From the NCBI GenBank assembly GCA_007124395.1, contig SLFF01000304.1:1-35341 (forward strand): 35,341 nt of DNA. The letters run 5' to 3'. This document shows positions 19,458-27,986 of the stretch, in pieces. Each line of letters opens with the position of its first letter. Within the stretch, counting starts at the first letter, position 1. The translations under genes were made by a program, and so were the position numbers. The notes beneath the pieces are model-generated. The model saw nothing but the letters and a program-made list of their open reading frames with translations, had not been told where the DNA came from and did not search any database. This DNA comes from Thermomicrobiaceae bacterium (GTDB lineage: Bacteria > Chloroflexota > Chloroflexia > Thermomicrobiales > Thermomicrobiaceae).

Positions 19458-20741
19458 CTATCCGAGCAGGTGGCGGAACCGGTCCTGGTCCGGGAACGGG
19501 CCGATAACCGCCAGGCTCATTCGCTCGGGCTGGAGAAGCTCTCCAGCCAGTTCCTGGATCTCTTCGCTGGTGACTTCGTCGATCTCTTCCATGACCTGCT
19601 CCGGAGTCAGAATCTCTGCGAAATGCAGCTCCTGACTGCCGATCCAGCCAGCCACCGCGCGAGAATCTTCCAGTCCCATGCTGATTCGCCCCTTGCGCAG
19701 TTCCTTGGTTCTGGTCAGTTCCTCAGCAGGAACCGGATCATCACGCAGTTTCCAGAGTTCGCGGATGACGGCGGTGATCGTCTCATCGACTTTTTCCGGG
19801 TCAGTGCCGGCGTAGACGACTCCCTGGCCGATATCTTGGTACCCACGGAAGTACGAGAACACGGCGTAGGCGAGGCCGCGTCGCTCACGAATCTCTTCGA
19901 AGAGCCGCGAACTCATCCCTGAACTCAGAACCGCATCGATCGAGTCCTGTACCTGGCGACGCTTATCCAGATAGGAGATAGCCGGCAGCCCCAGACAGAT
20001 GTGTGCTTCCTCGGTCTGACGCTCCATCACCTTGAGCTTTGGCGCCGTCTGAGTTACGAAGCACGGTTCGAGAACGGCTGGCTTACCCGCAGGCATGTGG
20101 CCGAACGTTTTCTCGGTCATCCTTACGACCTGGTCGTGATCGATATCGCCAGCCGCAGAGATAACAAGGCGGTTCGGGTGATAGTTGGCGTTCATGTAGC
20201 TGATGATGTCGTCCCGGGTCATCTTCCCGATGGTGTCCTCGGTGCCGATGATCGGCCGGCCGACCGCGTTTCCATCCCAGACGAGATCATCGATCACATC
20301 GTGGATGTAATCGTCCGGAGTGTCGTGAATTCCGTGAATCTCTTCGAAAATGACCCAGCGTTCCTTCTCCATTTCTTCCTGCCGGAAGGTGGAGTTGAGG
20401 AGCATATCGGCCAATACGTTGAACGCTTTCTCCAGATGAAGAGCGGGAACTTTCACCCAGTAGTTCGTGTTCTCCCGAGAGGTGCCTGCGTTGAGAATTC
20501 CACCGACTTCTTCGATCTCACGGGTAATGGTGATCGGGTCCGGGCGATCGGATGTCCCCTTGAATACCATGTGCTCCAGAAAGTGGGAGACTCCGGCATG
20601 CTCGTCCGGCTCATGCCGGGCACCGGTCGAGAATGTGATGATAAGACTCGCTGACCGGACGTGATCCATCCGGCTGGTCACCACGCGGACGCCATTTGCG
20701 AGTATGGTGCGTTCGATGTTCACGGCGGTGTTCTCCTGCAA
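19458..20741 (-). CDS. M16-family (pitrilysin/insulinase-like) zinc peptidase
   Basis: Inverted zinc motif HFLEHMVFKGT with a downstream Glu (ENTNYW region). Confidence 0.88.
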   Translation of the reverse strand: MQENTAVNIERTILANGVRVVTSRMDHVRSASLIITFSTGARHEPDEHAGVSHFLEHMVFKGTSDRPDPITITREIEEVGGILNAGTSRENTNYWVKVPALHLEKAFNVLADMLLNSTFRQEEMEKERWVIFEEIHGIHDTPDDYIHDVIDDLVWDGNAVGRPIIGTEDTIGKMTRDDIISYMNANYHPNRLVISAAGDIDHDQVVRMTEKTFGHMPAGKPAVLEPCFVTQTAPKLKVMERQTEEAHICLGLPAISYLDKRRQVQDSIDAVLSSGMSSRLFEEIRERRGLAYAVFSYFRGYQDIGQGVVYAGTDPEKVDETITAVIRELWKLRDDPVPAEELTRTKELRKGRISMGLEDSRAVAGWIGSQELHFAEILTPEQVMEEIDEVTSEEIQELAGELLQPERMSLAVIGPFPDQDRFRHLLG

Positions 20742-20768
20742 TGTTCCAGATCAACGGGCCGACGAGTC

Positions 20769-21263
20769 TCACCGGTTCAGATATGTATGCGCGGCATCGA
20801 CGATGAGATGAAGGGCGAAGGTTGCGGCTTCCTGCATGACCACAGCTCGATCACCATTCCAGTGCATTTCGTGTGTCTCGGTTCCGGCAGGGGTGGTGCA
20901 GGCAAAATAGACAAGCCCGACTGGCTTGCGTCCGGTTGCCCCACCCGGTCCGGCAATTCCGGTGGTCGACACCGCAAATGTAGCTCCGGTGAGTTGCTGG
21001 ACGCCTTCAGCCATCGCTGCGGCGCACTCCGGGCTGACCGCGCCACGCTGTTCGAGGATCGATGCCGGGACGCTCAGAACATCCTGCTTCATCTGATTGG
21101 AATATGCCACGACGCTGCCAGCGAAGTACGATGAACTGCCCGCCACCGATGTTATCCGTGAGGCTACCAGCCCACCGCTGCACGATTCTGCTGCGGCGAC
21201 ACTGAGCCCGGATTCAGCGAGCAGGTGATTGAGTTGCACTTCGAGCGGCTGGTCCGAGGTCAT
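20769..21263 (-). CDS. pncC: CinA C-terminal-domain protein / nicotinamide-nucleotide amidohydrolase
   Basis: LSVAAAESCSGGLVASRITSVAGSSSYFAGSVVAYSN...STTGIAGPGG. Confidence 0.85.
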   Translation of the reverse strand: MTSDQPLEVQLNHLLAESGLSVAAAESCSGGLVASRITSVAGSSSYFAGSVVAYSNQMKQDVLSVPASILEQRGAVSPECAAAMAEGVQQLTGATFAVSTTGIAGPGGATGRKPVGLVYFACTTPAGTETHEMHWNGDRAVVMQEAATFALHLIVDAAHTYLNR

Positions 21264-21337
21264 GTAACCCCTTGTGGGTCGGGTTCGAATTCCGACGTCG
21301 CCGCAGTATAGCAGAGGAAATCGATCGTCTGCCCCGA

Positions 21338-22615
21338 TCAGTCGGCCGTTGATGCGTGTGGATCAGAGCCGGTACCGGATGCCCGGACGGATGGAATCAG
21401 ACCCGCCAGAACAACTGACACGGTAAGGATGATGCCGCAGACGAACAGTGCCGGCCGGGTGCCGAATTGATCACCGGCCCAGCCACCGATAAACGTTGAG
21501 AAGACGATCGCCGAGTAGAACAGCGTGGTTCGGAGGCTGAACACGCGCCCAAGCAGGTTGTCGGGAGTGTGATCCTGAACCAGGGTGACGCCAGGAATCA
21601 GCACCAGCGCGCTCCCGAAGCCACTCACGGCAATGAACAACAGCGCCGGGATCAGCGAGCTGACGAGCGCGGTAGCCGTCACCGAGATCCCCATCAGAGC
21701 CAGTCCCGAGAGCACCACGATTCCGGTATTGACTCGCTCTCTGCGCCCGAGCCAGAGCCCACCTAGTACCGTGCCGATACTGATGGCCGCGCCGATTAGC
21801 GAGTATTCCCACTCACCGCCACTGAGTACGTCCCAGGCGTAACCGACCAGTAGTGGCGTGGATGCCCCGAGAGCGATCGGTCCGAGCAGCGTTACCAGCG
21901 TGTTCGCCAGCACCAGTCGATGGTTCCAGACGAAGGTGATGCCCTCGGTGACATCTTTCCATACGGTCTGGCCTGTCTTCGCGATTTCTCCCGCCGGATC
22001 AACCCGCATCGAGAAGATCAGAATGGCGGACACGAGATAGGTAAGCGCGTCGAAGGTGAATGCGATCGCAACGGCGGCTTCCTGCGACAACAGATAGCCG
22101 AACAGCAGCAGGAGCCCACCACCCAGCGGGTAGCCGATGATATCGCTGGAGTTTTCCGAGACAGAGCCCAGCGAGTTGGCGGTGTGATAGTCACGGGGAG
22201 GGACAATGGCCGGGACGATTGCCCGCCTGGCAGGTTTGAACACCACGGAGACCGCGTTTACGGTGAAGAGAAGAATGTAGACGATCACGATTGCCTGATC
22301 AGCGATGAACGGTATCAGGAGAACTGGTGGGATACGCAACACATCGCAGGCGATAAGGATCGTGCGGCGATCCCAGCGATCGACGAGAACCCCGGCGAAG
22401 GGCCCGAGGACGAGATCCGGGAGCGCAGTGGCAACGAAGGCGATGCCGGTCTGGGTCAGCGATCCAGTAACGGTATAGACCAGCGCAGCCATGGCGACCT
22501 GGTGCACCCGATCGCCCAGCGATGACACAAAATCGGCCAGCCAGATGAGCAGGAAATTTCGATTATCACGCAGGAGTCGCGTGTTCCTGCCGTTCAGGCT
22601 CTGCGGTTGCTCCAC
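21338..22615 (-). CDS. MFS transporter (12-TM type)
   Basis: Hydrophobic helices throughout and the MFS loop motif GVLVDRWDRR. GTG start. Confidence 0.8.
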   Translation of the reverse strand: MEQPQSLNGRNTRLLRDNRNFLLIWLADFVSSLGDRVHQVAMAALVYTVTGSLTQTGIAFVATALPDLVLGPFAGVLVDRWDRRTILIACDVLRIPPVLLIPFIADQAIVIVYILLFTVNAVSVVFKPARRAIVPAIVPPRDYHTANSLGSVSENSSDIIGYPLGGGLLLLFGYLLSQEAAVAIAFTFDALTYLVSAILIFSMRVDPAGEIAKTGQTVWKDVTEGITFVWNHRLVLANTLVTLLGPIALGASTPLLVGYAWDVLSGGEWEYSLIGAAISIGTVLGGLWLGRRERVNTGIVVLSGLALMGISVTATALVSSLIPALLFIAVSGFGSALVLIPGVTLVQDHTPDNLLGRVFSLRTTLFYSAIVFSTFIGGWAGDQFGTRPALFVCGIILTVSVVLAGLIPSVRASGTGSDPHASTAD

Positions 22616-22669
22616 GATGCTCGCAAACTCGTCTTCGTTTTCGAATCATTGAACCAGACCCCACGATAG

Positions 22670-22684
22670 ACTAGAAAGTCTAGT
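22670..22684. promoter_or_regulatory. Palindrome ACTAGA-AAG-TCTAGT, 55 bp upstream of the MFS gene start; operator-like
   Basis: Perfect 6-bp arms with a 3-bp spacer, read directly. No regulator gene lies next to it. Confidence 0.3.
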
Positions 22685-22999
22685 TGGGCGATAGCTGGAG
22701 GAGTAGGCACCAATTGTCCTGATTTTCGTTGCCCATGATAGCGGCTTCCCGAAGCGATTCGGATCAGCGGTGGGTGCTTCAGGGTGGACCGATTGGCGAG
22801 CACGATTCTACCGCCAATGAATTCGTCCGTCTCCTGAACGCGGGTGCTGAGTCTGGAAATGCGTAAGTTCGTTTTATTGACGTGTAGAGCCGTTGACGAG
22901 ATTGCCGCACGAGGATCTGACGCGGATCTCACTTATCTGTCAAAGGAGAAATGATTCATGAAGTGAATGCTACGAAGCTTTCCGGTGCAATTCAAATTG

Positions 23000-24403
23000 T
23001 CAACGACGTAGCGTGGAAACGATGACAGCCAGAACACCAACACCTGCAAGGACCAGGTATGTATCCTCCAGACTCGCACCCAGGATTTGCGTTTGGGACC
23101 AGTCAGTCGCCTGTTCGTAATGCGATTGGCGGAGTGTCCAGATCGTGCTCGCGACCGCAATTCCAGTTACCTGACCGAGATTCCGTGAGAGTGCGAGCAT
23201 GCCCGAGACAATCCCGATCCGGCCCTCAGGAGCTGCCCCGAGGACGGCACTGTTGTTTGGTGACTGAAAGAGCCCCGCGCCAATTCCATAAAGCGCAAGC
23301 ACGCCGACTGCAAAGATCGTTGACGTGCCCGTGCTGAACTGGCTCATTCCGAAAATCGCCAGGGTGATGGCGATCAGTCCTGCAGCTACCGGAACTCGCA
23401 TACCGTATCGATCGGCAAGTGACCCGGCATATGGGGCGATGGGAAGAATTGCCAGCGGAACTACCATCATCAGTAAGCCTGATCGTGCCGCTGAATGACC
23501 CATAAGATCCTGAAGCGAGAATGGAATCAGAAACATGTTGGATGCCATTGCGATGAAGGTGAGAATGGCAGCGATAAGTCCTGCTGTTAGACTCCATTGA
23601 CCAAAGAGCGATAGCTCGATCAACGGGGCGGGATGCTTGCGCTCCACCACGATCAACACGCCTACAGCGAACAGTGCACCCACGATCAATGTACCCGTCG
23701 ACAGGTCCCAGTCCTGGTTTGCCAGACGCATGAGTCCGAAGACCCCGCACGTTGCAATCGTGAAGATTAGTGCTGCTCCGACAAGGTCCAGTCTGGCACC
23801 TTTCGGACGGGTGAAGACCGGCAGAACCCGCCACCCCCAGATCAGTGATCCGAGCGCCAGTGGAACCGGAGCCAGAAAGATCGCGCGCCAGTCAATGACT
23901 GAGATGAGCAACCCTCCGACTGCAGGACCTGCCATCAATCCACCAGCTACCGCCATATGCATGAAACCGAGCGCCCGACCGCGTCCCTCTTCACCATATG
24001 CGGTTGCGATCAGTGCCTGGCCGGTGGCCAGCAACATTGCTGCTCCGAGACCGAGTAACCCCCGAGCCACGATTAGCCAGAGTACGTTTGGGCTGACGGT
24101 GGCAAGCAGCCCTGAACACAGTAGGGTTGCCATGCCCGAAAGATAGAGAGTTCGCCCACCAACCACATCAACCAGACGCCCGAACAGGATCAGTGTTCCG
24201 ACGATCGTCAGTTGATACGAGATGATCACCCATTGAATCGTGGACTGGGGAGCCTCGAATGCGTCGGCAAGTGATGGCAACGTCACCGCAACGAGGCCAA
24301 CTTCGAGACTGGCGAGTACTGTAGCCACAACAACCAGGATCAGGATCGAACGCTGCTGAGATGTGCGCCCGACCCCGGTAGCTTCTGGATCGGCGGTTGT
24401 CAT
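23000..24403 (-). CDS. DHA2-type (14-TM, EmrB/QacA-like) MFS efflux transporter
   Basis: Many TM helices and the G-rich motif LFGRLVDVVGGR. ATG 24403 forms an ATGA overlap with the stop of the deacetylase gene. The ORF is open to 24499. Confidence 0.85.
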   Translation of the reverse strand: MTTADPEATGVGRTSQQRSILILVVVATVLASLEVGLVAVTLPSLADAFEAPQSTIQWVIISYQLTIVGTLILFGRLVDVVGGRTLYLSGMATLLCSGLLATVSPNVLWLIVARGLLGLGAAMLLATGQALIATAYGEEGRGRALGFMHMAVAGGLMAGPAVGGLLISVIDWRAIFLAPVPLALGSLIWGWRVLPVFTRPKGARLDLVGAALIFTIATCGVFGLMRLANQDWDLSTGTLIVGALFAVGVLIVVERKHPAPLIELSLFGQWSLTAGLIAAILTFIAMASNMFLIPFSLQDLMGHSAARSGLLMMVVPLAILPIAPYAGSLADRYGMRVPVAAGLIAITLAIFGMSQFSTGTSTIFAVGVLALYGIGAGLFQSPNNSAVLGAAPEGRIGIVSGMLALSRNLGQVTGIAVASTIWTLRQSHYEQATDWSQTQILGASLEDTYLVLAGVGVLAVIVSTLRR

Positions 24404-25164
24404 TCGTCGATTCCGGAGAACATATCGTGCTCGCTCGCGGGAATGGGACGTCCGCTCGTGGCTGCCAGAACGTAGTGCTCCGTGCTCAGTAGTTCCCACC
24501 GTAGCTCGTCAGTGATCCCCTTGAAGATGAGGTCATGTGCCTGGCTGCGATGAGCCTCGTTGGATGCGCGTTGTTTCTGTGTGATCCACGGGCGGACATC
24601 GAGAACGAGGGTCACCTCACGATCTGGTTGGGTTGGGAATCGCCAACTTGCCTGTTCGGTGATGCTCTCCGGGACAACGTGATAGTAGAGTTTTTCCGGA
24701 GCATGCGCGGGCAAACCGTCGTCCGGGTATGCCTCGGGATCGGCAGCAATATGAAAGGCGGCCGTCGCCGCCTTGTGGATGACAATGTGGTCTGGATGAA
24801 GGGTTCGGCCCTCTGGTCCAAATGTCAGAACTACGTGTGGTCTTTGCCGTCGAATTGCTGCGACGCAATGTCCGGTCAGTTCGTCCAGGTCGACGTCTTC
24901 CAGTGTGCCGTCCTGATAGTCGAGGATCGAGAGGTCTGAGACGCCAAGGATTTCGCATGCCTCACGAAGTTCGCGTTCTCGAAACTGGGCCAGGTCTTCT
25001 GAGTCACAGAGTGGAGGTTCTCCACAGGACCCTGCTTCGCCACGGGTTGCCACCAGCAGTGAAACACTAATGCCTTGATCTGCGTATCTCGCGAGTGCAC
25101 CGCCAACAATCCGTGATTCGTCGTCCGGGTGTGCAAAGATTCCGAGCATCCTGTACTGGCTCAT
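24400..25164 (-). CDS. PIG-L/LmbE-family N-acetylglucosaminyl deacetylase (MshB/BshB-like)
   Basis: MLGIFAHPDDESRIVGG...LLVATRGEAGS...HPDH. Confidence 0.85.
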   Translation of the reverse strand: MSQYRMLGIFAHPDDESRIVGGALARYADQGISVSLLVATRGEAGSCGEPPLCDSEDLAQFRERELREACEILGVSDLSILDYQDGTLEDVDLDELTGHCVAAIRRQRPHVVLTFGPEGRTLHPDHIVIHKAATAAFHIAADPEAYPDDGLPAHAPEKLYYHVVPESITEQASWRFPTQPDREVTLVLDVRPWITQKQRASNEAHRSQAHDLIFKGITDELRWELLSTEHYVLAATSGRPIPASEHDMFSGIDE

Positions 25165-25190
25165 GGACTAACTCCCTTCATTTCTGGGAA

Positions 25191-25679
25191 TCAGCGTATA
25201 CCTTCCCCCAGCAGGGAAAGGTCAAGGGCGTCTGGCAGACACGTACACCTCGGAGAGAATGGGGGATGTGCCGTTGCGTGGTCATGGTGATGATCATGGT
25301 CATGGTTATCATGATCACTGGTGTTGATCCTGAGTGACACCTGTTCGAGCGAAGTGCGCAGCGCAGACAGCGATTCAATCTGCCGGGTACATTCCTCGAT
25401 CTTCGAATCCACGATTCCTTTCAGTTCGGCGGTAATTTGCCGACATTCGCCCTGTTCCGCAGCTGACGTCAACGCGCGAATCTCTTCCAGCTTCAAGCCG
25501 AGGGCTTTCGCACGCCTGATAAATCTAAGCCGATTGACATCCTGGGTGTTCAGTCGTCTATATCCATTGTTCGCCCGATCCAGTTCTGGAAGAAGCCCGA
25601 TGCTTTCGTAGTGTCGTATTGTTTTCGATGAAACTCCCAGACGGTGGGCTACCTGCCCAATGGTCAAAAATTCTGTCAT
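25191..25679 (-). CDS. MerR-family transcriptional regulator with a His/Asp-rich, Cys-containing C-terminal tail
   Basis: HTH LTIGQVAHRLGVSSKTIRHYESIGLL, a coiled-coil region, then SDHDNHDHDHHHDHATAHPPFSPRCTC. AGGAG lies 8 nt before ATG 25679. Confidence 0.88.
   Translation of the reverse strand: MTEFLTIGQVAHRLGVSSKTIRHYESIGLLPELDRANNGYRRLNTQDVNRLRFIRRAKALGLKLEEIRALTSAAEQGECRQITAELKGIVDSKIEECTRQIESLSALRTSLEQVSLRINTSDHDNHDHDHHHDHATAHPPFSPRCTCLPDALDLSLLGEGIR
25266..25319 (-). repeat. Imperfect CATGRT hexamer repeat encoding the His/Asp tract of the MerR protein
   Basis: The + strand reads gtggtcatggtgatgatcatggtcatggttatcatgatcact. Confidence 0.7.
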
Positions 25680-25885
25680 CGCCTTGCTCCTGAAATCTTC
25701 ATACGTCAACTGCCAACAATCCGAGCCGAAATCCTGGTAGCCTCATTGATACTTTAACTGATTGCCGTTGTGACGCACCGCGTGCGAAGATTCGATTGAT
25801 AACGACACACCGCACTGCCTTGCGGATCTAATGTACCGCGCGTTCCGGAGCCCGCGTACGGGAACCCTTTCCCTCCTGACGGCGA

Positions 25886-25910
25886 GAGGGCCGCCAGGAA
25901 GGCGACCCTC
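25886..25910 (-). terminator. Strong hairpin 30 nt after the VWA gene stop, with no U-tract
   Basis: Minus strand GAGGGTCGCC-ttcct-GGCGGCCCTC, 10 bp including one G-U. It could be a terminator or a 3'-end stabiliser. Confidence 0.35.
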
Positions 25911-25940
25911 ATTCCTAACCCTTTCAGTTGTTGCGAACGA

Positions 25941-27557
25941 CTATTGCGGTTTCGGCGGAACCAGGCACGAGACACGTTCCGACACATTGCCCGAACCATC
26001 GACCGCGTAGATCTCCGCGTCGCCCTTGCCGGTAATTCGCGCGGTCACGGCGCCTGGCCCTGACTTCTCGTTGGGCTCGGCACCTGGCGCCTGCGTGTAC
26101 TTGATCACATCACCCACCGAGTACGGTCCGAACTCAACACCACTTCCGTTGTCGACCACGAAGATCTCGAGATCTTCGGCTGGCCAGACATCGTCCGAAG
26201 CGCCAAGCTGGTAGAAGCCATCCTCGTTCTGGCCCGGAGAGTTCTGACCGGCTTGTGGAACGTTCCGTCCGCTTGGGTTCACACCGTCCTCACAGGAGGC
26301 TATCGGTGGCGTGGTGTCCTCCCACACCTTCGTGACTTCCTCACAGAGTTCCGTACCCGTCAGACAAACGCGGATCGTGTCCGTACCGAGTCCAGAGGGA
26401 CCTTGCGTTGCCTCATAGGTGAACGAGGCCTCGCCGCTGGCGTCAGTGGTGTCACTTCCATTCTCGCCTGTGTTCGGGCCGGCGGTAACCTCGAAGGTTA
26501 CTTCTCGGTCCGGAACCAGCGTGGCGCCGGACGTAACTGTCGCGACGACGGTATGGGTCTGGCCCGGATCGCCCAGTTCATTGGTCGCCGTATCCGGCGC
26601 GGCATCCAGGGCGATCGGGACGTCAACCGTGATGTTTTGGGTGCCAATGACGTTACCGGCGTTATCCCGGAACTCCACGCTGCAGTTAATCGTGGATCCG
26701 GCCAGCGATGGGTCGTTCGGGACTGCGACGGTCTCGGTGAAGCTAGCGATGTCGCCGCTCGTCACCGTCTGGGAAGCCGGCGCGAAGCTGACATCCAGCA
26801 GGTCACACCCTACCGTGTGCGGAGTAACGGTCACAGGCAGATTGCCCAGACCTTCCAGGATAGTGTTGGACAGTTGGGCGGCAGTGGCGCCGGAGAAGAA
26901 GCTGCCACCTGTCTGACTCGCGATGAATGCCGCTTGCCCTGTCTCATTCAATCGATTGATCCCGACGCTGATAGCGAGCACCTGTATGTCTGCCGTATTC
27001 AACGCGTCCGCAACCGCGTTACGTGTGGGGTAAGGACCGAAATTTTCATGACCAGGCGCATCGCCGAACCAGACGATGATGCGCGTCGATCCGGGTCGGA
27101 AGCTCACGGCACCGTCAGCGATGCCCTTCAACGCGATGAGCTGTGCTTCCGGAAAGTCACCTCCACCGGCTGCGTTCCAGCCGTTGATCGCGTTCTGTAC
27201 GGCGGTCTGGTTCGCCGTGACGTTCTGATTTACCCGCCAAACAAAGGCGTCGCCGACGTCCCGATACTCCGCCACGGCGAACTGAGCGGTCGGCTGATTA
27301 GTTGCGATGGTGCTCAGGATATTGGCCGCATTAGCCTTTACATTGGCGATCGCTCCGCCCATACTGCCTGTCGTGTCCGACAGGAACACGATGTCGGGGT
27401 TCTCGGGGATCTCGGACGTCTGAACCTGTTTGTCGATTACATCACTTTCGCCGGGCGCCAGGTTCAGGTTTACATCGTTCGGAGTCACCTCGGCTGAAAC
27501 CGGGATTGCCACCAGAGCGAGAATCAGGGCGAGTAGAATACATAGACGTTTCGACAT
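25941..27557 (-). CDS. Secreted von Willebrand factor A (VWA) protein with Ig-like (Big_1-type) repeats and an unassigned C-terminal domain
   Basis: Signal peptide MSKRLCILLALILALVAIPVSAE, MIDAS-like FLSDTTGSMGG, and Ig-like TVVATVTSGATLVPDREVTFEVTAGPNTG. GGGAGGA lies 9 nt before ATG 27557. The ORF is open to 27602. Confidence 0.8.
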   Translation of the reverse strand: MSKRLCILLALILALVAIPVSAEVTPNDVNLNLAPGESDVIDKQVQTSEIPENPDIVFLSDTTGSMGGAIANVKANAANILSTIATNQPTAQFAVAEYRDVGDAFVWRVNQNVTANQTAVQNAINGWNAAGGGDFPEAQLIALKGIADGAVSFRPGSTRIIVWFGDAPGHENFGPYPTRNAVADALNTADIQVLAISVGINRLNETGQAAFIASQTGGSFFSGATAAQLSNTILEGLGNLPVTVTPHTVGCDLLDVSFAPASQTVTSGDIASFTETVAVPNDPSLAGSTINCSVEFRDNAGNVIGTQNITVDVPIALDAAPDTATNELGDPGQTHTVVATVTSGATLVPDREVTFEVTAGPNTGENGSDTTDASGEASFTYEATQGPSGLGTDTIRVCLTGTELCEEVTKVWEDTTPPIASCEDGVNPSGRNVPQAGQNSPGQNEDGFYQLGASDDVWPAEDLEIFVVDNGSGVEFGPYSVGDVIKYTQAPGAEPNEKSGPGAVTARITGKGDAEIYAVDGSGNVSERVSCLVPPKPQ

Positions 27558-27970
27558 GAGCGACTTTCCTCCCTTGGCCATAAGTACGTTTGTGCCATGC
27601 AAGGGTCGCCGCCAATCGCTATACTATAGATGCGACAAGAGATCGGCGGCAGCCGTTTTCGTTGTCTTGACCCCGGGCAGCTAGTCCCTACCTGGGGTCG
27701 TCCTATCCCTCAGTGGTCCGTAGTCAGGCCCTCAAGTGACACCACCCCCTTTTTCTAACTTGTGTAAGCTGGGTAACGGTAACGAGACATTCTCTTCGAA
27801 ATGCGCTATCGCCCTGTCGAAACACGGGAGAGCACCACTCAGCGGAACAAAAACGGTTCCCGGAGCGTGAAAAACGCACATTTCGCCAAGTTTTCTACTT
27901 TTTCCGATGTTGTTGCTTATCGTATTTAGGACTCGTGGGACAGATCACACCTCGCCTCTCTAACAACGAA

Positions 27971-27986
27971 TCAGTTCAGCCCGTAG
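27971..27986 (+). repeat. Upstream copy of a 16-nt direct repeat, TCAGTTCAGCCCGTAG; its partner is at 28341-28356
   Basis: 14 of 16 positions match TCAGTTCAGTCCGTAT. Both copies are followed by TCGTGGT (28010 and 28361), so a longer block was duplicated with an indel. Confidence 0.6.

Noticed and set aside
22594-22932. 112-aa minus-strand ORF filling the spacer between the MFS genes
   Set aside because: It runs into the start of the downstream MFS gene out of frame, has low-complexity Arg/Ser-rich sequence and has no SD.
27801-27929. 42-aa basic ORF (MRYRPVETRESTTQRNKNG...) inside the non-coding island
   Set aside because: No Shine-Dalgarno sequence, no hydrophobic or recognisable motif, and the AAAAACG repeats fall inside it. 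There is not enough evidence to call a gene.
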